A stretch of 64,000 bases of DNA from Desulfobacterales bacterium (GTDB taxonomy: Bacteria; Desulfobacterota; Desulfobacteria; Desulfobacterales; UBA2174): positions 64,001 through 128,000 of the forward strand of contig CAXXWC010000003.1 of assembly GCA_963668645.2 (NCBI GenBank). Reading direction: 5' to 3'. Positions 50,801-58,019 of this stretch are shown here, piece by piece. The notes below the pieces were generated by a model that saw only the letters and a list, made by a program, of their open reading frames with translations, had not been told where the DNA came from and ran no database searches. Numbering within the stretch: position 1 is the stretch's first letter; every line of letters begins with the position of its first letter. The translations under genes were made by a program, and so were the position numbers.

Positions 50801-53800
50801 CAACCCAGTGCCACTGCTCAATTCCAGGCTTCCGCCGCTGATCTCAAGTTCGCTGCCCAGGTTGTTGATCAGGGCTCCGGGCGCAAAGCTCACCGCCCCT
50901 GCGCTGACCCGCGTCGCTCCGGTAACTTCATAGGTGGCTCCGGATTCAAACGCCACCGCCGCCCCGTCGAATCGGACCGCATCGCCTGTCAGCGACACCG
51001 TCGAGGATAAATCGTAATTGCCGGCCACAAACCGCAGCAGCGCACCGCTCGCATCAAAATCCCCGCTGTAGGTCCCGCCGGTCGCGCTCAGTTCCAGAAC
51101 CCCGCTTTGCACATCCACCAGGCCCCTGTGATCAAAGATCCCGGTTCCGATCCCGAGCGTTTCCGCGGCCCCGGCCAGAGCCACGTTCAGGGTCCCGCTG
51201 TTGGCAAAACCGCCCGCACCGTTGATCTGATACCCGCCGGCCGTCGCCGTCAGCGTGCCCTGGTTGTCAAAACGGCTCGCGTCGCCCAGTACGATGTCGC
51301 CCGCCAGCCAATCCGCCTCTGCCGCGTTCACCACCTGACGCGTGCCGCCCAGAACCTTGTCGGCCCCTGTATCCAGCGTCAATCCGCCGGCAAACGTCGT
51401 CACGCCACTGCCGTCATGCGTCCCGGCTTCCCATTGGGCCGCTCCCAGCACCGTCAATCCACCGGCTCCCGTCAACTGGCCCCCGGAAAAACGCAGCGCC
51501 CCTTCGAGCTGTGAATCGTCCCCGATGGACAGCCCACCGCCTTCGATCACCAATCCATTGCCCGCATAAAGCGAAATCTGCCCGATCTCATAAGACCCCT
51601 GGTCCAGCGTCACTGTGCTGGTCCCGTCCTTGATCAGCGCGTTCTCGCCCCGGTCCGGAACACGGCCCAAACTCCAGTTGCCCCCCACACCCCAAAAACC
51701 GTCGCCGCCCAAAATCCATATGTTGTAAAGATCCGCCAGGCTCAACGCCACTGCCGCCGGATCGTAGACCGCCGCAAATCCGTAACTCTCCGGTTGCAGG
51801 ATCGTCGCAAAAGTCCCCGTATCCCCACCGGATCCGGCCGTGATCAGCGTAAATCCATCCCCTTCGGCCGGGCTGTATCCGGCAAGATCAATGATGTTCA
51901 AGGTCCCAAAATCACCGCCCGCACCCGACAGGGTCCCGGTCACCTGAACCTGATCGTAGTCAATGCCCGCCGACAGGCCTCCGATCTCGATCTCCAGGGT
52001 ACTGTCGCCAGTCAGCGAAAGGTCGCCGTCGATCTTTAAAATGCCCGTTGACGCTCCCGGTGCAATCGTGCCCGCGTTGTTGACCACATCGCCGAAGACC
52101 GTCCCGCTGCCGGTCAACATTCCGCCGTCCAGCACCAGGACACCAGAAAAATCGCCGCCGGCCAACTCGGCAATCCCTGCCGACTGGCTATAGCCTCCGT
52201 CAAAAACCATCCGCCCGCTGCCGGCGATCACGCTCCCGCTGTTGCTCACCGCGCCGTTGAATGTCGATGCCCCGCCGCTCCCGGTCTTGGTCAGGGTTCC
52301 TGAATTGGACACGGCCACCGACAAGGATCCATCGTTTTCAAGCGCCAGTGTCGTGCCGGCGAGGATACTCAGGGTCCCGGCCCCGGTCACGACGCCTTCA
52401 GCGCCCGTGATCGTGTGGACCGCAGCGCCGCTCAACTCCAGGCGCGCACCGGATCCGATGGCGTACTCGCCGCTGCTGCTCGATCCGTCCCCGATCGTCA
52501 GGCTTCCACTGTCAACCGCTACCAGACCGGTGTTGGTCAGCGGCAGCACCAGACTCGCATCTCCCGTACCGCCACTCTTTTGTACCGTGCCCGAGTTGAC
52601 CAGACTCCCGCCGCCACCACCACCGGCGTTGATGTCCAGGTCCGCCTGAATCTCCAGCAGCCCGGTATTGTCCAATACGGCGCCTCCGTCCACCACCAGC
52701 GTCCCGGCGCTGTAAATCGCATCGCTCGTGTTGTGGACCGCAACCCCGTTGAAGGTCTTGATGCCGGCGCCTGAAAAAAGAGTTGTACCGGCCAGATTCA
52801 AGACCCCGGTGCCCGCGCCCGAGATCGAGGAAGCGTTGACCGGATTCCAGCTGAAGAGCCTGTCCACCGTCGCCGTACCGACCAGTTGAAGCGAACCGCC
52901 CGTGTAAGCCAGCTCACCAGCGCCGATGCCCACGCCTGCGGGCACCACCAGGGTGCCTCCGGAAAGCGACAGGCTGTCGATGGTGGACGCGTCGGAAAGC
53001 GTCAACGACCCGCCGGTGACCGAAAGCGCATTACCCCCCGCCACCGATAGCGATTCGATGGCATAGGTGCCGCCTGTCAAACTCACCGTGCTGGTCTGGT
53101 CGATGATCCGGACCTTGTCCCCGTCGCCGGGAACCGTCCCGAAACTCCAGTACCCGGGGACCGCCCACGAACCGTCAGTCCCATGGATCCAGGTGTTGTA
53201 GATGCCGGCAAGATTCAAAATGATGCTGGTCGAATCGTAGACCGGAAGAAAATCGAAGCTCGCCTCCTGCGCGATGGTGGAAAAAACGCCTGAATCGCCC
53301 CCGCTGCCGGCCGTTATAATGGTAAAGGTGTCTCCCTCAACGGCGCTGTAGCCCGGCAGGGTGATGATATTCAAGGTGCCGAAATCGTCGTACGCCCCCT
53401 GGCCGGATTTCCCGGACAAGGCACCGGTTACCTGAACCTGATCGTATCCCGCCGTGCTTTGGATCTCTATATCCAGGGCGCTTTCGCCGCTCAGGGAAAG
53501 ATCTCCATCAATGACCAAAAGACCCGGCGACGCTCCCGGGGCGATCGTGCCGGCACTGACGGTCACGTTGCCCGAGATCGTACCACTGCCGGTCAACAGC
53601 CCGCCGTCGATGGTCAATTCGCCGGCAAGATCTCCTCCGGCCAGCTGGGTGATCCCGGACGACTGGATGTAGGTGCCTTGCTCAAAGGAAAGGGTCCCGG
53701 CTTCAACACTCACGGTCCCCGAGTTGTTGAAAATGGCCTCGATGGTCGAGGTGCCTGCACTGGTGGATTTGATCAGGGTACCGGCGTTGTTGATGGTGGG

Positions 53801-56800
53801 CGGAGAGCCGGCTCCAACTTCACCTCCTCCCACGACAAAAAGATCGATATCAGCGTCATTTAAAATCCGGATAAGCCCGAGATTGGAGTTTTCGATAACG
53901 GCACCGGTGCCGGTCAAGATATTGCCGGTGCCGGACCAGGTCAGGACGCCGTTGTTCACCAGTGTTCGGATATAGAGCGTCTTTGCCGCCTGGCCGTCTA
54001 TGTTCAGCCCGCCGTTGAATATCGCCTGCCCGTTGCCCCGTAAAACACCGCCGGTCCAGTCGGCACCGCCGGATACGGTAATGCTGCCCGATGTGGATGC
54101 GCTCCCCCCGCTCAGCTCCAGCGTGCCGACGTCCATCGCCTGGCTGGCACTCAAGGCTCCGCCGCTGACCTGCAGGTCGTTTACCGAACTGGGCGCGTTG
54201 ATTGTGACCGTACCCGAGGCCGCATCGATATTGAGGGTCCCGGCCTGGAAATAACCGCTGGTTACCGATGGCGAGTTGACCGTATCGACCAGACCGGCCC
54301 CGCTGACAGCGTAAAAGACACCGCTGCCGTTGTTAACGCCATAGGTGCCGGAAGCGGCGTTACCCAGGGTAACCCCTGTCCGGGCAATAAGTTGAATATC
54401 CTCGCTTTGAGAGGAAAAATCGATGAAGCTCGAAATTACAATCTCGTCGCCAAACACGATCAGTTGATCTGCGGACAGATCGGCGGACGTCAGGGGCGTG
54501 ATGAAGGATACGTTGCCCTCCATCGTGTTGTCGCCGATTTCCAGGTTGTCGGCGGTTACAAGTTGAAGTTCGGCGGGCGACAGCTTGAGGCCGCTGCTTT
54601 CCGTGTTCCCGATGTAGGTATTCACAGTCTGGTGCAAGGGCCGTATGATAACCGATCCCCCGTCCATGGTGCTTTGCACCGGATAACCGATATCGAGGCT
54701 GTCGGTGACGATCCGTATGCTTTGACTGGAGGTCACCGGACTGTCTGGAAACTCCACCGCTTCGCCCCAGAAATCCAGGGCGACCGATGCACTGATAGCC
54801 TCATTACCCCCGACTTCCAGATAAGAAGTGGTATTGCCGAAGGGGGTTGTGCCCAAAGTCAGGGTTCCGGCGCTGATCAGGTCCAATTCATCCTGGTTGA
54901 CATCCAGGGTTTCAAAGCCACCGACGCTCATGGAGGGCGGGTTCGGATAGGTACTCATCGGCCCGATCCACACCCTGTTGGTCCCGGCATCGATCGGTTG
55001 ATAGATGCCGATCTCGTCGGCGCGCAGGGATACCTCACCGCCCGCGATGATTCCCGAATAGTCCGTTCCGTCAAAGGCCTCGACGGTTCCCACCTGCAAT
55101 GGGTCTTCACCGGAGGTGGAGTCGAGATAGACATTGCCGTTGGTGTTGGATCCGGCCACGATGGGCCCGGAGTTGTTGGCGATCCATACATCACCGCTGG
55201 TGTTGTGAAACAGTATCGATCCACCGCGGGTTTGAAACGCCCCCCCGCCGTTTTTGCCGATACCGGTAGCGGCCTCGATTTCAAGCAGGCCGATGGTCCT
55301 GACATCGAAGCCGCCTTCTCCGCCGTCCGTATTGGGATTGCCCAGCACGCTGCCGTTTGTCGATTTGAGCAAAATCCTGCTCGAGTCTGAATTGGCATAG
55401 ATGTTCGTGGATGCAGTGCCGAGAATCAGATCTCCGCCGGCCACGATCTCGACATTGCCGGACGAAGTGGCAATCCGGCAAAGCCGGATGTCCGCCTCCC
55501 CGCCGGTGATGATGGTGATGTCGCCCGGTCCCTGGCTGTAAAGATTGAGGCCGGCCCCCGAGGTCGAGCCGGTCAGATCGATGCCTCCAGATCCGTCGCC
55601 CGGATTGTTGCGGGTCTGAAGGGTGAGGCTGTAGCCGCCCGCACCGCCAAGGTTATTCAACGGGTCGACAGTCAGTTCGTTTCCACCGAAGGTTCCGGAC
55701 ACGGTGATGCTGTCGGTGGCCTCAAGAATGATATCGGCCTCATCGGCCGTCCCTTCGATTTCACTTTCGTAAATGACGAACGGCACCGCGCTGTTGCCAA
55801 CGTCTTCATACAAAACTTGACCGAGGGTCCCCCCATCACCGCCGATCTGCCCCACATCGCCGTTGGCATCGGAGCCGTCCGTCTCGCCACCGTTGTTGCC
55901 CACGATTTCAATACGCGCCGGATCATAGAGCAAGGTGCCGCCCCGGCCTTGAGGTGCGGCCAGACTGACCTGATGTCCGCCGGTATCAAGGTCGAGCTTC
56001 CCGGAAATCTCGGCGAACCCGCCGTCGCCGCCCAGGGGACCGCCCCGGGCGCTGAGGCTGCCGTAAAAGCCGGTCTTTTCATCGGACCAGACGATGATCC
56101 GGCCCCCGTCGCCCGCCTGGGTGGCATCGGCCGCAATCGTCGCTTCGTGCCCCACATAGGTGCGCCGGGCATTTTTGACAGCAGAGTTGTTTCCCTGGAA
56201 ATCGCCGCCGATCAAAACCGTTCCACCACCCTGCGCGCCCGAAGCATCCACCCGGGCCGCATCAATCACGCCAACCCGATCACCCAGCAAGGTGATGTCA
56301 CCGCCTCTTTCTTCGATCCCAACGGCCGAAATCAGCCCTGAATTCAAGGTGGTGCCCTGATCGCTCTCGATGTGGATGCTGCCTCCGGAAGAACCGTCGG
56401 CGATGATCCGGCCAGCGGCGCCCAGGGTGATGTCCTGGGCTGCATGGAGCACCACAGCGCCGGTTTGGTCCAGGCTGGCGCCCCCGGCCCGGATCTCTCC
56501 ATCGTTTCGCAGGGTCCCTGCGAAAATGCCCGCGGCTCCGTTTTCGGCCAAAATCCGGCCCAGGTTGACCACCGCATCATCCGGGGCCTGGATTTCGAAG
56601 TGCAATCCCTGGACGTCCATGCTGGTGATGATGATGGATCTTCCGGCGGCCAGCAGCAGATTGCCCCCTTCGGTGTACAGGGTTCCGCTGTTGACGATGT
56701 TGGGCGCGATGAGCAGGATATCGCCGTTTTTGCCGGCGGTGACAAATCCCTGATTGACGATCTCTCCGGCGGCATCGCCGCCGGTGAATTCCAGCCGGCC

Positions 56801-57208
56801 CCGAAGGAAATTCTCGTCACTGATGTTGAGGGTTGAGGCCGTGAATCCGGCCGTATCGATGACCGCGTCGGGGCCGAAAACCATTCCGTTGGGATTGATC
56901 AGAAAGACATGCCCGTTGGAATGGAGTTGGCCCATAATGGCCGAAGGGTCTGCGCCCACCACCCGGTTGAGCACCGCGCTGGCGGCCGAGGGCTGGAGAA
57001 AGCGCGTGATTTCATTGACCGGAATGGAGAACTGGCCCCAGTTGATGATGGCGTTGGCGCTGTTGGTGATCTGGAGGGTTTGGGGATCGGGGTGGGCAAA
57101 GGCGGCTTGGCCGCTGACCACCTGGGGAGCGGTCGGATTGGCATGGGGGGATCCGGGGCATACCAGGATCAGTGCTGCCAGCAGAATCGGTACGGCCCTT
57201 CTGGTCAT
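41855..57208 (-). CDS. Giant TpsA exoprotein (filamentous haemagglutinin N-terminal domain), 5117 aa, probable beta-helical adhesin
   Basis: Signal peptide PHA|NPT; AIINW..FSI, VLNRVVG, FLINPNG TPS domain; Gly/Ser/Thr-rich repeats; RBS GGAGG. Confidence 0.92.
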   Translation of the reverse strand: MTRRAVPILLAALILVCPGSPHANPTAPQVVSGQAAFAHPDPQTLQITNSANAIINWGQFSIPVNEITRFLQPSAASAVLNRVVGADPSAIMGQLHSNGHVFLINPNGMVFGPDAVIDTAGFTASTLNISDENFLRGRLEFTGGDAAGEIVNQGFVTAGKNGDILLIAPNIVNSGTLYTEGGNLLLAAGRSIIITSMDVQGLHFEIQAPDDAVVNLGRILAENGAAGIFAGTLRNDGEIRAGGASLDQTGAVVLHAAQDITLGAAGRIIADGSSGGSIHIESDQGTTLNSGLISAVGIEERGGDITLLGDRVGVIDAARVDASGAQGGGTVLIGGDFQGNNSAVKNARRTYVGHEATIAADATQAGDGGRIIVWSDEKTGFYGSLSARGGPLGGDGGFAEISGKLDLDTGGHQVSLAAPQGRGGTLLYDPARIEIVGNNGGETDGSDANGDVGQIGGDGGTLGQVLYEDVGNSAVPFVIYESEIEGTADEADIILEATDSITVSGTFGGNELTVDPLNNLGGAGGYSLTLQTRNNPGDGSGGIDLTGSTSGAGLNLYSQGPGDITIITGGEADIRLCRIATSSGNVEIVAGGDLILGTASTNIYANSDSSRILLKSTNGSVLGNPNTDGGEGGFDVRTIGLLEIEAATGIGKNGGGAFQTRGGSILFHNTSGDVWIANNSGPIVAGSNTNGNVYLDSTSGEDPLQVGTVEAFDGTDYSGIIAGGEVSLRADEIGIYQPIDAGTNRVWIGPMSTYPNPPSMSVGGFETLDVNQDELDLISAGTLTLGTTPFGNTTSYLEVGGNEAISASVALDFWGEAVEFPDSPVTSSQSIRIVTDSLDIGYPVQSTMDGGSVIIRPLHQTVNTYIGNTESSGLKLSPAELQLVTADNLEIGDNTMEGNVSFITPLTSADLSADQLIVFGDEIVISSFIDFSSQSEDIQLIARTGVTLGNAASGTYGVNNGSGVFYAVSGAGLVDTVNSPSVTSGYFQAGTLNIDAASGTVTINAPSSVNDLQVSGGALSASQAMDVGTLELSGGSASTSGSITVSGGADWTGGVLRGNGQAIFNGGLNIDGQAAKTLYIRTLVNNGVLTWSGTGNILTGTGAVIENSNLGLIRILNDADIDLFVVGGGEVGAGSPPTINNAGTLIKSTSAGTSTIEAIFNNSGTVSVEAGTLSFEQGTYIQSSGITQLAGGDLAGELTIDGGLLTGSGTISGNVTVSAGTIAPGASPGLLVIDGDLSLSGESALDIEIQSTAGYDQVQVTGALSGKSGQGAYDDFGTLNIITLPGYSAVEGDTFTIITAGSGGDSGVFSTIAQEASFDFLPVYDSTSIILNLAGIYNTWIHGTDGSWAVPGYWSFGTVPGDGDKVRIIDQTSTVSLTGGTYAIESLSVAGGNALSVTGGSLTLSDASTIDSLSLSGGTLVVPAGVGIGAGELAYTGGSLQLVGTATVDRLFSWNPVNASSISGAGTGVLNLAGTTLFSGAGIKTFNGVAVHNTSDAIYSAGTLVVDGGAVLDNTGLLEIQADLDINAGGGGGGSLVNSGTVQKSGGTGDASLVLPLTNTGLVAVDSGSLTIGDGSSSSGEYAIGSGARLELSGAAVHTITGAEGVVTGAGTLSILAGTTLALENDGSLSVAVSNSGTLTKTGSGGASTFNGAVSNSGSVIAGSGRMVFDGGYSQSAGIAELAGGDFSGVLVLDGGMLTGSGTVFGDVVNNAGTIAPGASTGILKIDGDLSLTGDSTLEIEIGGLSAGIDYDQVQVTGTLSGAGGDFGTLNIIDLAGYSPAEGDGFTLITAGSGGDTGTFATILQPESYGFAAVYDPAAVALSLADLYNIWILGGDGFWGVGGNWSLGRVPDRGENALIKDGTSTVTLDQGSYEIGQISLYAGNGLVIEGGGLSIGDDSQLEGALRFSGGQLTGAGGLTVLGAAQWEAGTHDGSGVTTFAGGLTLDTGADKVLGGTRQVVNAAEADWLAGDIVLGDASRFDNQGTLTATAGGYQINGAGGFANSGTLNVALAGAAETLGIGTGIFDHRGLVDVQSGVLELSATGGTYSGDFDASGALLRFVAGNYDLSSTVSLTGDAVRFDGAAVAFESGATYEVTGATRVSAGAVSFAPGALINNLGSELEISGGSLELSSGTGLSVEGYTQSGGILGGTDGLTVTGAGLWQGGVQGGSGVTTFAGGLTLDTAADKVLGGTRQVVNTAVADWLAGDIVVAEASRFENQGTLTATAGGYEINGAGVFANSGTLNVVLAGAADTLGIGTGIFDHSGLVDVQSGVLELRAAGGTYSGDFDASGALLRFVAGDYDLSSTVSLTGDAVRFDGAAVAFESGATYEVTGATRVSAGAASFAPGALINNLGSELEISGGSLELGSGAALSVEGYTQNGGTLNGTDGLTVTGAGLWQGGVQGGSGVTTFAGGLTLDTAADKVLSGTRQVVNTAVADWSAGDIVVAEASRFENQGTLTASAGGYEINGAGGFANSGTLNVDLAGAADTLGIGTSTFENSGLVDLGTGILETASAFSNAGTLAVAQGAVFSATGSGLVNSADGLIRGTGTIRTPATGLVNQGVISPGDEGPGILVIDGDLELSNAGTLEIEIKGLSAGIDYDQVQVTGTLSGAGGDFGTLNIIDLAGYSPAEGDGFTLITAGSGGDTGTFATILQPESYGFAAVYDPAAVALSLADLYNIWILGGDGFWGVGGNWSLGRVPDRGENALIKDGTSTVTLDQGSYEIGQISLYAGNGLVIEGGGLSIGDDSQLEGALRFSGGQLTGAGGLTVLGAAQWEAGTHDGSGVTTFAGGLTLDTGADKVLGGTRQVVNTAEADWLAGDMVVAEASRFENQGTLTATAGGYEIGGTGVFTNSGTLNVVLAGAADTLGIGTGTFDHSGLVDVQSGVLELSAAGGAYSGDFDASGALLRFVGGDYDLSSTVSLTGDAVRFDGAAVAFESGATYEVTGATRVSAGAASFAPGALINNLGSELEISGGSLELGSGTALSVEGYTQSGGTLNGTDGLTVTGAGLWQGGVQGGSGVTTFAGGLTLDTAADKVLGGTRQVVNTAVADWLAGDMVVADASRFENQGTLTASAGGYQINGAGVFANSGTLNVVLAGAADTLGIGTGTFDHSGLVDVQSGVLELRATGGTYSGDFDASGALLRFVAGDYDLSSTVSLTGDAVRFDGAAVAFESGATYEVTGATRVSAGAVCFAPGALINNLGNELEISGGSLELSNGTGLSVEGYTQSGGILGGTDGLTVTGAGLWQGGVQGGSGVTTFAGGLTLDTAADKVLSGTRQVVNTAVADWSAGDIVVAEASRFENQGTLTASAGGYEINGAGGFANSGTLNVDLAGAADTLGIGTSTFENSGLVDLGTGILETASAFSNAGTLAVAQGAVFSATGSGLVNSADGLIRGTGTIRTPATGLVNQGVISPGDEGPGILVIDGDLELSNAGTLEIEIKGLSAGIDYDQVQVTGTLSGAGGDFGTLNIIDLAGYSPAEGDGFTLITAGSGGDTGAFATANYSNSFDFEIAYAPQAVSLSLIHLYNVWTGAAGSDFWGVAENWRMETVPDNGTNVRIVDGSSTVNLSGGSYEIGILSVAGGNALSISGGSLTISDSSMIDSLSVTGGSLVANADSQIGALNLSSGDIGGLGVLTAGRETTWSGGTLGSGGGRLVVAGGLSILDSGQKALRDYTLENAATVTLSADQIDFHDGATIYNVGVFDIRSDALFTQVSGDLGAFFNAADGTVQKTAGPGAANFDLPFDNSGDLRVAAGTLSLNGGGIQTGGFTAGAGTVLVIGGGVHQFDAGARFDGEGTYRFSGGMASVNDSINVADAEVIGGTLKVPGTLSIGHLSCTGGLLEVGGTVSVGGAFDWNPGDSQSLLTGLGTGVLNLAGTTTLAGTGGKYLDGITVNNTGVLTYLSGGLQIGQSATAKLNNAGMFDIQGDLSVIGGAGGNFANAAGGTVQKTAGSGTADFDLPFDNKGDLRVAVGTLALNGWGMNQTGGFTAEAGTVLVIGGGVHHFDAGARFDGQGTYRFSGGTASVNDSISVADLEVIGGTLKVPGTLSIGDLSYTGGLLEVGGTISVAGAFDWNPGESQSLLAGLGTGVLNLAGTTTLAGTGGKYLDGIAVNNTGVLTCLSGGLQIGQDAAAQLINSGTFDLQGDLSVTGGAGGNFTNTAGGTVQKTAGSGTADFDLPFDNGGDVRVAAGTLALNGGGIQMGGFTAETGTAMVFGGGVHQFEAGTRFDGQGTYRFSGGTASINSGISVADLELTGGSLTLPGTISVGDLRITGGRFEVGGTATVGGLFEWNADSDSTLDGLGTGVLNLETTTVLAGTGTKYLDGITVNNTGIVTYTGGELQIGSGSAAEFNNAGLFDLQGDLSITGGTGGNFTNAAGATVQKTLGTGTAGFDLPFANNGDVRSDVGTLAFSRGYTQSGGVTRLAGGDIAGNLTIDGGRLTGSGTICGNVAMGAGTIVAGSSTGILVIEGDLGLTGDSVLDIEIGGLAPGTGYDQVQVTGILSGEGGDFGTLNLIDLDGYNAAEGDAFTLIAAGSGGDSGAFSTVNYSDSFDFATGYGSQAVSISLVHFYNVWTGAGEGDFWNVAENWRMGTVPDGGTNVRIVDGTSTVTLSSGSYEIGILSVAAGNALSVAGGSLTILDVSTADSLSLAGGTLAVANGVSIGIGDLAYSGGALQLDGTAAVDRTFTWNPEGASAVTGGGSGILNLAGTSSFSGTSTLTLDGITLNNTGDLVFSSGSFVVGGVAGALFNNPGQMEVRGDLDILDGGGGRLVNAGTLQKNAGAADSLVSLPLSNSGAVRIDTGSLTLAGGSNSSGQYVIAPGGLLQLTGAAPHSITAAGGGSGAVSGGGDLGISADAALLLESDVPVSVAVINAGTLTKTGGSGASLFSAAVTQQRQRVVSASGTMAFSAGYTQTGGLTQLAGGDFSGDFTLLGGLLSGEGILSGNLENLGGTVSPGASPGILAVGGDYIQGTDAVLSMEIGGFVPGNGFDHLAVSGAATLDGTLDLTQYGGFISNVGDRFEVMTYNGGLSGDFATITADGGFAYNGLAGVSGYVVVNTLSPIFTALTNGYLISEILNLEQQKQRSLAAANSPFDAAERSDQDIQDEDTFRKTRLICR
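44010..46030. repeat. Three diverged tandem repeats of ~651-654 bp within tpsA
   Basis: CCGTCAAAACGGG at 44520, 45171 and 45825; protein unit GTVQKTAG.G.A.FDLPFDN...GKYLDGI.VNNTG. Boundaries approximate. Confidence 0.8.
46703..52000. repeat. Tandem 2550-bp repeat (~2.1 copies) containing nested 708-bp sub-repeats within tpsA
   Basis: TGATCAGCGTAAATCCATCC at 46741, 49291, 51841; ACGTTCAGGGTCCCGCTGTTGG at 47217, 47925, 48633, 49767, 50475, 51183. Confidence 0.92.
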
Positions 57209-57491
57209 CGCACAAACCTCCCGCGTTTCGATCGGATCGGCGGAATCGTGGCAACCCGGGCAAAAAAAACGAACCGCGAAGGTTTCGTCTTACCCCGTCA
57301 TGCGATTATCGGGAATAAGGCTGGAGTAAAAGACATGAAGCATCACCCGGCAATCCCATGCCACTCACCCGCCGACCGCATTTGGGTCATGCAGTCAAAG
57401 TTGCTGAAACTGTTTTTCTGCACAAGATAAGGAAGACCCTGCCGCCTGGGCAGGGAGGTATCTGAAAGGCGGAGTCCTTAGGTTTACAAAA

Positions 57492-57520
57492 ATTTTCCCA
57501 TTGAAGAAAAATCTTGTCAA
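57492..57520 (-). promoter_or_regulatory. Putative sigma-70 promoter of the TPS operon
   Basis: TTGACA (57520-57515), 17-bp spacer, GAAAAT (57497-57492) in an AT-rich patch. Confidence 0.45.
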
Positions 57521-57660
57521 GTGATTTGTTGGAAGGTCATTGCCTGTTCCAGGCAAGATTCCCGCAGGTGGTGTTCCCTATCGTCGGGCTATGATCGAGA
57601 CTTTCCCAGGATCACCGCAACTGCCTCCGGCCGACTAGCAGCCAGTCCCCGTCGCGATAG

Positions 57661-58002
57661 TCACATCACACCCTTCTGCTCGAGAAAAGCCATGACTTGG
57701 GCGGTCTTGGAAGAGGCCATGGAGCCGCCCAGGCCCACCGCCACGGCCAGAGTCTCCAGGACCTCCTGGCGACTGGCGCCGAGTTCCAGGGCCGCCTCCA
57801 CCTGAAATAACATGCATCCGGTGCATCCGTTGGTCACGGCCACGGCCACGGCCATAAGCCGCTTGTGGCGCGCGGAAAGGCCCCCGTCACGGTAGATTTC
57901 CTCGTTCAGGGCGTTGTAGTGCCGGTTCATTTCGGGAAGCTGGTCGCGAAATTTGCGTGCCAGACGGGTAATTTCTTCCAGGCAATAGGCCTGATTCTGC
58001 AT
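57661..58002 (-). CDS. Carboxymuconolactone decarboxylase / AhpD family protein
   Basis: GGLSARHKRLMAVAVAV..GCTGC...ALELGASRQEVLE; RBS AAGGAG. Confidence 0.85.
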   Translation of the reverse strand: MQNQAYCLEEITRLARKFRDQLPEMNRHYNALNEEIYRDGGLSARHKRLMAVAVAVTNGCTGCMLFQVEAALELGASRQEVLETLAVAVGLGGSMASSKTAQVMAFLEQKGVM

Positions 58003-58019
58003 AGTGTCTCCTTTACCGT

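Noticed and set aside
46631..51569. Repeated identical plus-strand ORFs suggesting a multicopy gene or IS
   Set aside because: They are antisense readings of the tpsA internal repeats; no transposase motifs or terminal inverted repeats.
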